A stretch of 64,000 nt of DNA from positions 992,001 through 1,056,000 of the forward strand of contig CAKKNE010000006.1 of assembly GCA_918797485.1 (NCBI GenBank). Direction: 5' to 3'. The position numbers were made by a program, and so were the translations under genes. The stretch's first letter is position 1. Every line of letters starts with the position of its first letter. Under the pieces are notes generated by a model that was not told the DNA's origin, ran no database searches, and saw nothing but the letters and a program-made list of their open reading frames with translations. This document shows positions 39,589 to 47,979 of this stretch, one piece after another. Source of the DNA: Pelagomonas calceolata. Its lineage: Eukaryota.

Positions 39589-40401
39589 TCACGCTACCAC
39601 GTACTCGCCGATCCAGAGCTCATTCCACCAGTGCATGTGGTCGACGGCGCCGAGTAACGCGGGGTCGACCGGCGGGTTCGGGTCGTCCGTCGCGAAGGCC
39701 GACGCGGCGAGCGACGGCGAGCACGACTCTCGGAGCGTACCCGCTTCGCGGATCATGCCGCGCGCCGTCGCGTTGGAGATTGCGGCGCGCACGGGAGCCA
39801 TGTTCGCGTTGTCGACGAGCAGGGGCGCGCCGCGTGCCGCGAGCGGCGCGAGGTTGCCGAGGTCGGCGGCGGGCACGTCACCGTCGTGGCCACCGTCTAT
39901 GAAGACGACATCGCAGGCCTTCGCGTGGTCGACGAGGGGAAGGGTGGCGCGCGAATCGCCCAGCGTCAGCCGGAGCCGGCCCGGGTATTTTTTGGAGAGG
40001 TACGCGAAGGCCGCCGCCGCCGATGGGTGCGCGCCGAGGTCGAACGCGTCCACGGCGGTCCGGGGATCCGCCGCGAGCCAGTTGAGCGCCGAGTGGCCGG
40101 CGTTGAAGCCGACCTCGCAGACGCGCACGAGTTGCGACGTCTCGGCCGCGGCGCGCGCGACGGCCCGCATGTGCGCGACCGCGCGCGGGCACATGGCCGA
40201 GTGCCCTTCCGCCGGCGGCGCGCCCACCGACCGCAGGTGCGCGTCCAGGGCGACGACCTCGTCGTAGTACGCGCGCTGCGCGGCGTACGCGCGCGGTCCG
40301 GCGCACGTCGCCTCGTGCACGTTCCACGCGCACGTCTCGACGACGTCCGCGGCGCGTGCCGCGCCGCAGGCAAGCGCCAGCCACGTCGTCGCGCCACGCA
40401 T
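39589..40401 (-). CDS. Secreted Methyltransf_24-like SAM methyltransferase
   Basis: Signal peptide; VCEVGFNAGHSA, AFDLG, LGDSRATLP, CDVVFIDGGH. Confidence 0.85.
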   Translation of the reverse strand: MRGATTWLALACGAARAADVVETCAWNVHEATCAGPRAYAAQRAYYDEVVALDAHLRSVGAPPAEGHSAMCPRAVAHMRAVARAAAETSQLVRVCEVGFNAGHSALNWLAADPRTAVDAFDLGAHPSAAAAFAYLSKKYPGRLRLTLGDSRATLPLVDHAKACDVVFIDGGHDGDVPAADLGNLAPLAARGAPLLVDNANMAPVRAAISNATARGMIREAGTLRESCSPSLAASAFATDDPNPPVDPALLGAVDHMHWWNELWIGEYVVA

Positions 40402-40525
40402 CGATCGGCAGTAGATCCTGCGGGGCAGCCTCTCTCAGCCCCACTTGTTGCTAGTGTCGTCTTACAGGCGCCATCCCAGCCCAACCGTGCGAAACCGAGT
40501 GGTTTTAAGTGGATCGCGCCCCTTG

Positions 40526-40547
40526 CTAGTGTCTTACAGGCCGCTAG
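40526..40547 (+). promoter_or_regulatory. Conserved 22-bp intergenic element, copy in the 40401/40668 divergent promoter
   Basis: Exact match to 33473-33494. Confidence 0.6.
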
Positions 40548-40667
40548 CTCTTTGCGCACACCGGCCGCTAGCTTTGAGGCGAAACCCGGAGCCCTGCGCC
40601 CGGATTCGACCGAACAGATCGAGATCGAGCGTTAACGAGCGTTGAGGGCAGCCTCCATGGCGACAAG

Positions 40668-43600
40668 ATGATGGCATGGTGGGCAGCATGGTGGGCAGCC
40701 CTGACGGCGGCCGCACTTGCCCGGGCGGCAGCCCTGACGCCGACGGAAACGGCACTCTGGACCTGGGCCGAATCACAGGGTGCAAACGTCTCGCGCATCG
40801 TTCCGACGACGGGCGTGTACGGGCGCGGCCTCGCGGCCGTCGACGGCAGCCAGGGAGAGCTCCTCTCGCTGCCCCGCCACCTGATCATGGGCTGCGACGC
40901 GGTCGCACGCGTCGCCTTGGAGCTGCCCGGCGTCGTCGCGTTCACGGGCTGCGAAGACGGCGTGGGCCGGACGTCCATGCGCTTCGCCGGCGGCTTTGAA
41001 GCCTGGGACGGCAACACCCTGGTCGTGTTCGTCGCGCACCACAGGTTACTGGGCGCCGCGAGCCCGTGGGCGCCCTACCTGGACTCGCTCCCCGCCAGCT
41101 TCGACACGCTGCCTCCTTACCTGCTGGCCGTCGCGGCGGTCGGCGGCTCGGCGGAGGAGGCCGTCCGGGCGATGGACGCGGCCGACGCGTTCGAAGGGGG
41201 CGCGCTCCGGGACGTCGTACAAAAAGAAGCGTCGAAGTGGCTCTACTTCTCCCGCCTCGTGGCCGCGGCGTTCGCGGACCACGCCGGCGTCGAGGCGACG
41301 CGGGCCCTGCGGACGGTCCTGTGGGCCAAGGCCGTCGTCGCCACGCGCGCCGTCCACCTCTCCTCGCTCGGACGGTGCCTGGTGCCGTTCTGGGACCTCA
41401 TCAACCACGGCGCGTACGCGGCCAAGCGCGAGGTCGTGGACGACGAGCGCGTCGCGTACGTCCGGGACGCGCCGTCCGACGGCGGCGAGCTCGTCCACGA
41501 CTACCAGTTGAGTTCCTCCACCGGGGGCGCGTGCGCCTGGGACTGGCTCATCACCTTCGGCTTCGTGCCGCGCGACGCGCAAAAAGTCGTCGTGTGCGCG
41601 CGCGTGCGCGTCCGCGGCGAGGTGTTCGAGCTCCCGGCGGACGCCGCGGCCCTCGCGCGCCTCGACGGCGAGGACGCGCGGCGCGCGCTCGAGGGCGCCC
41701 TCCTCGCGCTCCCGCCGGAGGACGCGCTCCGTGACGACACGGGAGACGCGGCCTACGTCAAGCTCCTCGAGCGCCGCGCGCTCCTCGACGCGCTGCGGGG
41801 CGGCGCGCCGAAGGAGGTTTTACGGCACGCGGTCGTCGTCGACGGCCGCGCGGAGACGATCAACTACGCGCCGTGCGGCAACATAACCAAAGCGGCGCGC
41901 GCGTTCGTCGACGAGCATCTCACGGATCTCACCGACGAGGCGCGTCGCGACCACGTCAACCGGCTCCGACCGATGCTGGCGAGCAAGATCGACGATCATG
42001 CGTGCGCGTCGAAGCGTGCAGACGATGGCGAGGTCTGGCTGCACGAGGAAACTCGCGTGATCAGCGCGATGGGCTACTCGACGCCCGTGAGCGGCCACGA
42101 CCTCGTCACGTTCACGCACCTCGTAAATCTGGAGGCGCGCGCCGCGGCCGCCGCGGCGCGCACGTCGGGCGTCGGCGGGCTGGGCTGCGTGCCGGGCGAC
42201 GTGGGGTGTTTGAAGGACATCTTTGTAAGGCGGGGCCGGGAACTCGCCGAGGCGCAGCGGCAGAAAATGGCCGGCGAGGGGACGTTTGTCGGAGAGAAGT
42301 TCGGCTGCGCGTTGAATGGAGAGGGACCGGCGCCCGCCGTAGACGCGGCCTTCGCGCGCCTCGTTGCAAAGTGGACGCGCGTCGCCGTCACGGTCGCCGC
42401 GCGCGACGTCCTCGACTTCGCCGCGTCGTGGGGCCGCGGGTTATTGGATGCGGGCGCGCCGCAGTTCGTGGTCGCGGTCTATGACGAGGACGCGGCGGCG
42501 ACGCTCACCAAAGCGGTGGGCGCGGACCGGGTCGCGCGCGTGGCCGCGGGCACGACGCTCGCGGCGCTCGCGCGGGCGGCGCACGACCTAGGAAAGGACG
42601 TGCTCGCGACGGTGCCCGAGGTCGGTTTCCGCGGCGACCCGTGGCCGGCGCTCGCGCGGCGGCCGTGCGGCGCGCAGCTCCTCCCGTCGGGCTTCGAGGA
42701 TAGCACCGCCGAAAGGCACCTCGCGGACGAGGTGCGGCGGTGGTCGTCGAGCCACCGGCACAACCCCTTCTTGACCTGCGCGGCCCAAAAGCGGGCGCAC
42801 TGGCGCCACGTCGTCGGCGTGGCATATCTACGAGCAAACGATCCCGCCGCCGCGGCGATCGCCGACGCGTGGGCGCGGTATGCATCAAAATGCGCGTTCC
42901 ACGCGGCGCTCGAGGCCGCGCTGGCCGAGGCGGCGCTGGCGGGCTTTGATTTTTGTGGTTTGCGTTTGGAGGACGGCTTCGCGACACCATTTCACTTCTG
43001 GATGCTGGATGCAAAGGAAAAACATTTCCAGTGGTTCGTGGGCGACTGGACCTCGCCCGCGTCCGACAACGTGACCCTGGTCTACCCGGCGCGCCTGGAC
43101 GCCGCTTGGTTCGAGGACGGGCACCTGATCCCGCCGCTCATCGACGCGACGTGTTTGGCTTCGAAAAGGGAAGTGCTGCGCACCGCGGGGGCCTGGTTCG
43201 GGCGTGGTACGGAGGAGCCGCCACCTCGCTTCCTTCCCGGCGGGAGAGAACCGCCTCGTAATGAAGTGACGTTCGCGCTCTACGAGACGGACGCTGGCGA
43301 GAGGTGCCGCACGGCGTACTTCGACAAGATCTGGAGTGAATTGAAGAGGCACCCGCAGCGCGCGACGAACGCGGAAGACGTAACCTTCGTGCTGGCGGAC
43401 CTCGACACGATGATGTGGTCCTGGCCGAACCCAAATCTAGGCTTGGTGGGCCCCACGAGCTGGATTGCGGGCGACCGACCGACGTGCTACCCCTGGCCCT
43501 TCACGGGACAGCTCGTGATGGCCCCGTCGCTCTCGTCGGAAGACGTGGCCAACGCGCTCAAGGACCCGCGCCAGCGGCCGCCTCACATATTCGGGGCGCG

Positions 43601-44495
43601 GACGCCCGCGGACCGACCGAAGCACGCCGCCGACGCGCTGCTGGCGCCCGCGTCCGGCCTGGGGACGCCCGACGCGCCCCTGGTCGTTTTTAACTTCGCC
43701 GCGCCGATCTGCGTCATGGTGCCCGCCGCGCCGGAGTCGCTGCACTGCGTGCACGTGGACGAGGTACGGCGCCCCGGCGTCGTGCAGGCCTTCGTGGGGG
43801 CCGCGACGACGCATTTCGTGCCCGGTACCGACATCGCCTGGCCCGCGCCGCTCCATCCGCGCTTCGACGAGAAGGCCGCCCGGGCGGCGCCGGACACGGG
43901 TGCCTGCGACCGCGCCGCGCGGCCGGTCTTCGCGTCGATCCTCGGGACGGCGTCGCACGCGGTCCGCGCGACCCTGGCGGCCGCGCTCTCTACTCAAAAC
44001 GACGCGCTCGCGTCGGCGCGTGACCCGACCAAGGACATGGCGGACGGCCGCACCGGCGGCGAGCGGGACGACTACCTCAAGTCTCGACTCGACGCGCTCC
44101 GGTGCGAGCGGACGTCGCCGGACGCGGCCGTCGCGGTGATGGCGTGCTCGCGCTTCGTGCTCGCGCCGCGGGGCCACATGCTGCACTCGTCGCGGCTGCT
44201 CGAGGCGCTGTCGATTGGCGCCGTGCCCGTCGTGGTCTCCGACGGGTGGGTCCTCCCGTTCGAACATGATTTGGTCGACTGGGCAGCTGTTGCCATTCGC
44301 GTGGCGGAGGCCGACGCGGGGCGCGTCGCCGACATCTTACGAACCGTCTCGGACGAGCGGTGGTGCGCGATGCAGCGCGCGGGCCGGCGCGCGTACGCGG
44401 ATATTCTCTCAAAGCCGGTCGACGCGCTCGTCCGCGTGTTCGAAGCACGGAACAGCATCGCGAGGGGCGGTGCCAATAATGTCATAATGAGTTAA
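40668..44495 (+). CDS. Secreted fusion: SET domain (Rubisco LSMT/SETD3-like) + shared modules + degenerate nucleotide-sugar-transferase-like region + exostosin/GT47 domain
   Basis: SET: YGRGLAA, SPWAPYLDSLP, WAKAVVATRA, LVPFWDLINH, GELVHDY, LITFGF. GT47: SRFVLAPRG..SSRLLEALSIGAVPVVVSDGWVLPF..VDW. Confidence 0.78.
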   Translation: MMAWWAAWWAALTAAALARAAALTPTETALWTWAESQGANVSRIVPTTGVYGRGLAAVDGSQGELLSLPRHLIMGCDAVARVALELPGVVAFTGCEDGVGRTSMRFAGGFEAWDGNTLVVFVAHHRLLGAASPWAPYLDSLPASFDTLPPYLLAVAAVGGSAEEAVRAMDAADAFEGGALRDVVQKEASKWLYFSRLVAAAFADHAGVEATRALRTVLWAKAVVATRAVHLSSLGRCLVPFWDLINHGAYAAKREVVDDERVAYVRDAPSDGGELVHDYQLSSSTGGACAWDWLITFGFVPRDAQKVVVCARVRVRGEVFELPADAAALARLDGEDARRALEGALLALPPEDALRDDTGDAAYVKLLERRALLDALRGGAPKEVLRHAVVVDGRAETINYAPCGNITKAARAFVDEHLTDLTDEARRDHVNRLRPMLASKIDDHACASKRADDGEVWLHEETRVISAMGYSTPVSGHDLVTFTHLVNLEARAAAAAARTSGVGGLGCVPGDVGCLKDIFVRRGRELAEAQRQKMAGEGTFVGEKFGCALNGEGPAPAVDAAFARLVAKWTRVAVTVAARDVLDFAASWGRGLLDAGAPQFVVAVYDEDAAATLTKAVGADRVARVAAGTTLAALARAAHDLGKDVLATVPEVGFRGDPWPALARRPCGAQLLPSGFEDSTAERHLADEVRRWSSSHRHNPFLTCAAQKRAHWRHVVGVAYLRANDPAAAAIADAWARYASKCAFHAALEAALAEAALAGFDFCGLRLEDGFATPFHFWMLDAKEKHFQWFVGDWTSPASDNVTLVYPARLDAAWFEDGHLIPPLIDATCLASKREVLRTAGAWFGRGTEEPPPRFLPGGREPPRNEVTFALYETDAGERCRTAYFDKIWSELKRHPQRATNAEDVTFVLADLDTMMWSWPNPNLGLVGPTSWIAGDRPTCYPWPFTGQLVMAPSLSSEDVANALKDPRQRPPHIFGARTPADRPKHAADALLAPASGLGTPDAPLVVFNFAAPICVMVPAAPESLHCVHVDEVRRPGVVQAFVGAATTHFVPGTDIAWPAPLHPRFDEKAARAAPDTGACDRAARPVFASILGTASHAVRATLAAALSTQNDALASARDPTKDMADGRTGGERDDYLKSRLDALRCERTSPDAAVAVMACSRFVLAPRGHMLHSSRLLEALSIGAVPVVVSDGWVLPFEHDLVDWAAVAIRVAEADAGRVADILRTVSDERWCAMQRAGRRAYADILSKPVDALVRVFEARNSIARGGANNVIMS

Positions 44496-44502
44496 TCTTA
44501 GC

Positions 44503-47391
44503 TCAAAGGTCGTCGCGCGGATCGCTGCAGGCCCCCGGGCACGCCGCGCATTTCTCGAAGAGCGCGTCCTCGACGACCACGTAGCCGAGTTCCGGCTCCT
44601 CGCACAGGAGACTCAGCGCCTCGGCGGCCGTGTTAAGGATCGGCTCGCCTCGCCGATTGAAAGATGTGTTGCAGACGACCGGTTCACCAGTCAGTTCGGC
44701 GAGCGCCTCTAGGACGGCGTAGACCCAGGGCTCGTCGACCCGCTCGAGACTCTGCAGCCGCGCGGTGCCGTCGACGTGGCATACCGCGGGCAGCTGCGCG
44801 CACGCCTCTGGGGTGAAGCGCGGAGCGACCGACATGTGCGGCGAGCGCCAGTGCTCGCCGGCCTCAAAAAGAGCGGGCGCCGCAGCGGCAGCGACGATGG
44901 GAGCGACAGGCCGCCACGCCTCGCGGTACTTCAGGCGGTTGAGCCGCGCTTTCGCACGCGGGGACGTCGCGTCTGCGAAGAGGCTCCGGTGGCCCAGGGC
45001 CCGCGGGCCGTGCTCGCTGCGGCCGCGCGCAATTCCCACGATTGCGCCCGCGGCGACGAGCTGCGCCACCTTATTTGCCAACGCGTGGTCGTCAGTAAAA
45101 GTCTCGGCGCGACGATCCGCCGCGAGACTGGGTAGGTCATCCAGGTCAAAGAGGCCCGGTCCAGCGAACATGAGATCGCGGGGCGCGTCCAGGGGCGGCG
45201 GCTGCGCTGAGTAGAGCGCCCCGACGCCAATGCCACAATCTGAAGGCGCCGCCGGGATCGTGACGGGCAAGGCGAGCGCGCGGTGCAGCGCCGTGTTGCA
45301 TCCGACGTTCAGCGCGCAGCCGCCGGCGACGGCGAGCGCGTCCGGCCGGCGTCCGGCGAGCTCCAACGCGCCGCGGATCTCGTCGGCGACGATCTCCTCG
45401 AACGCGCGCTGAGCCGACGCCGCGATGTCGGCGTAGTCCACGTCCAGGCTTCGCAAGGAGATCTTCAGGGCGTCGCGGATGTTCTGCGTCAATAACGAGA
45501 CGTCGTGTTCGGTCGGAGTCCCGAGCGACGCGTACCCGTTCATTTTTCCTGGGCCGGCGAGGTGCTCCCGGTCGCGTTGCGAAGCTGTCCTATTTCGGCA
45601 GTACGCGTCTACCCCGGGATCGTCGCGGCGGTTCCGCGGGGCGCACTTCGCAACTTCTGGAATCTGCTCCGCGACCAGCGCGTACCCGCTGCCCAGGTTG
45701 AGCCGCTCCCACCGTCGACTACTCGCGTCGAGGCGCCGGAGGGGCCTCGCAAGATCTCCGGTGGGCTCGAACACCGCAAAGAAGCCGTCGTTGCCGCCGC
45801 CGTCGTACGAAAGCACCAGCGGCCAGACGTAGCCCCGACTCAACGCGTCGTAGTACGCCAGGCTCGCGTGGCTCGCGTGGTGGTCCGCCGCGTACCAATC
45901 CCTCGCGATGGAGGCTAACGCGGAGGGGAAGACGGCGGTCGGCACGGCGACGTAGACGCCCACGTCGAAGACGTCGACGCCCGCCAGGCGTCGCGCGTCG
46001 CGCAGCGCGCGCGCCCACGCGCCGTCGGCGTCGTCGACGAATCCGGGGTGGAAGTAGCGCCGGCGCTCGCGCCGCTCGAGTTCGACGACGCCCAGGACGC
46101 GGCCGGCCCGCGCGACCGCGAGGTGCGCGTCGTGGCCGGAGAAGACGCTCACCATCGTTTGATTTTCTGGTACGGGCTTCCTTAGGGCATCGAGGTGCTG
46201 TGTCGTTTCGGGTAAGTCCGGCGTATCCAATGCAGGCCAGTACCAGAGCGCTTCCGACGCCTCCGCGGCGCCGCCGCTCGCTCGCATCCCGTCACCAACT
46301 GGCGCGTCCCACCGCGTCTGGTAGCTCGCGACGCGCGGATCGTCGAAATCGACGGCGCCGGGCACCGGGAACGCCGCGTATTGATACATGGCAGCTCCTC
46401 TGTTCGATTCGCCCCCGTCTTCCTCGAAGGTCTCGCGAACTTCGGAAACTCGCCGGACGGCGCCGCTCGCCTCGTGGCGCCGCAACGCCGCCGCCGGCCC
46501 GGGCCACTCGAAGTCGTCCAGAAACGCAACGTGATAATCCGGGTTCGCCAGCGCGGCCAAATTCGACATGTCGTCGAAGGCGCCCTCGATGGTGTGGTCG
46601 CCGTCGACCACTAAGACTTCGCACTTGATCGACGGGTGCGCCCGAGCGAAACTCGGTACCGTCGCGCGCGAGTTGCCCCTGACGACGCGCAATCGGTGTG
46701 ACGCGTTTTTCACGTGTACGGCCGCGGCGGGCGACCTGAACCATTTCTCCGCCAGTTCCGCTCCCTCGTACTGCCAGAGGTCGAACGCGAGCACCTCGAC
46801 CTCCGGATTCGCCCGCAGCCACAACGCCGCCGAGTGGCCGCGGTTAAACCCGATCTCGCAGACCCGGCGCACGCACGGGGACGCCGCGGCCTTGATATAG
46901 GCCTGGCGCTCTTTTTGGAGTTGATACGAGCCGCCCTCTTGACTCGTGTTCCAGGGCACCGCGGCGTCCAGCGCCTTCGTGAGCTCGTCGTAGGGCCGCA
47001 GATCGACCGCATCATAACCGCTCAACGGGTCCGCGCTACGGCAGGCGGCATACTCTTCAGCCGTCGGCTGCGGTTGTAGACCAGGGAACCAGGGCGCCGC
47101 CAGCGCCTCCGCCACTCCCACGATCGCGCGCGTCTTGGCCGCCTCGTCGCTTTCAAGGCAGTGGCGGCGGCGCGCCGCCAGCTGCGTGACCAATTCCTCG
47201 ACCACGCACTCCTCCGTGGCGCACCCCTCGCCCATGATTTCCGCATCGCCGAGGTGGGTGCGGACGAACGTCACGACGTCTTCGTATGACGTGTCCGCGG
47301 CGAGCACGTGGTCGACGTGGTCGACGACCAGCGTGAGGAAGCAATTTCTTTCCGCACGCGCCGCCCCCAGCAGCAATGCCGCCAAGAACAT
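44503..47391 (-). CDS. Secreted fusion: shared Cys module + Methyltransf_24-like domain + NodU/CmcH O-carbamoyltransferase 4
   Basis: Signal peptide MFLAALLLGAARA from ATG 47391. MTase: VCEIGFNRGHSA..VDGDH. Carbamoyltransferase: SGHDAH, ELER, DHHASHA, YDGGGNDG, PGKMNGYA, AGGCALNV, PSDCG, EHGPRALGHRS, CNTSFN. Confidence 0.88.
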   Translation of the reverse strand: MFLAALLLGAARAERNCFLTLVVDHVDHVLAADTSYEDVVTFVRTHLGDAEIMGEGCATEECVVEELVTQLAARRRHCLESDEAAKTRAIVGVAEALAAPWFPGLQPQPTAEEYAACRSADPLSGYDAVDLRPYDELTKALDAAVPWNTSQEGGSYQLQKERQAYIKAAASPCVRRVCEIGFNRGHSAALWLRANPEVEVLAFDLWQYEGAELAEKWFRSPAAAVHVKNASHRLRVVRGNSRATVPSFARAHPSIKCEVLVVDGDHTIEGAFDDMSNLAALANPDYHVAFLDDFEWPGPAAALRRHEASGAVRRVSEVRETFEEDGGESNRGAAMYQYAAFPVPGAVDFDDPRVASYQTRWDAPVGDGMRASGGAAEASEALWYWPALDTPDLPETTQHLDALRKPVPENQTMVSVFSGHDAHLAVARAGRVLGVVELERRERRRYFHPGFVDDADGAWARALRDARRLAGVDVFDVGVYVAVPTAVFPSALASIARDWYAADHHASHASLAYYDALSRGYVWPLVLSYDGGGNDGFFAVFEPTGDLARPLRRLDASSRRWERLNLGSGYALVAEQIPEVAKCAPRNRRDDPGVDAYCRNRTASQRDREHLAGPGKMNGYASLGTPTEHDVSLLTQNIRDALKISLRSLDVDYADIAASAQRAFEEIVADEIRGALELAGRRPDALAVAGGCALNVGCNTALHRALALPVTIPAAPSDCGIGVGALYSAQPPPLDAPRDLMFAGPGLFDLDDLPSLAADRRAETFTDDHALANKVAQLVAAGAIVGIARGRSEHGPRALGHRSLFADATSPRAKARLNRLKYREAWRPVAPIVAAAAAPALFEAGEHWRSPHMSVAPRFTPEACAQLPAVCHVDGTARLQSLERVDEPWVYAVLEALAELTGEPVVCNTSFNRRGEPILNTAAEALSLLCEEPELGYVVVEDALFEKCAACPGACSDPRDDL

Positions 47392-47392
47392 C

Positions 47393-47707
47393 CTAGGACG
47401 CCGCGACACGCTCGCGGAGCTCCTGCGCGAGCGCCGCGACCATGCAGTCGCGGTACTTGTCCGCACAGAAGCTGTCGGGCGCGTCCGTCGTGCGCGTCTC
47501 GACGATGCAGTCGGAGGCGTCCTTGGCGCAGGCGCCGTTGGCCGCCTTCGGGTTCTCCTCGAGCCAGGCGCGCGCGACCGCTTCGTAGTCGTCGCCGCGC
47601 GAGAAGTGCAGCGGCCGGTAGCGGCCCGCGACGTGGATCTCGAGGCTGAGCTGTTCCGCGGCTGCCCAGCCGGCGACAACTGCGGCCAGGAACCCATGGC
47701 GCGTCAT
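47393..47707 (-). CDS. Small (104 aa) secreted protein consisting only of the shared Cys module
   Basis: MTRHGFLAAVVAGWAAA signal peptide, then LSLEIHVAGRYRPLHFSRGDDYEAVARAWLEEN..NGACAKDASDC..FCADKYRDCMVAALAQELRERV. Confidence 0.7.
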   Translation of the reverse strand: MTRHGFLAAVVAGWAAAEQLSLEIHVAGRYRPLHFSRGDDYEAVARAWLEENPKAANGACAKDASDCIVETRTTDAPDSFCADKYRDCMVAALAQELRERVAAS

Positions 47708-47979
47708 CTCATTGTCCTGGGGGCAGCCCTTTGGCCCGCGCAGACGGCAAAAAGCGAAACTGGAGCAGCGACCCGGGGTGTAAAGCTGCCAACTACCCAC
47801 GATCTCAGATTCCGCGCGAATGAAAACCCGAGCTGAAAAAACAAAACGGGTTTCGATGCGCTTCGGCCCGCGGGCCCGACAAGCGGCCTGTAAGACAGTA
47901 GCGGCTGCCCCGCGTGTGATTGCTGCCGATGCGTGCCAAGGGACAGCACTAAATAGCGGGGGGCAGCAATACCACACAA

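Noticed and set aside
11083..47391. Saxitoxin-type or antibiotic cluster, suggested by the carbamoyltransferases
   Set aside because: No PKS/NRPS, amidinotransferase or aminotransferase is seen; the neighbours are glycan enzymes with signal peptides.
47392..47697. N-terminal 102-aa extension of ORF 44503-47697
   Set aside because: It is Ser/Arg/Thr-rich off-frame text. The real coding frame here is the small module gene, and the large gene starts at ATG 47391 with a signal peptide.
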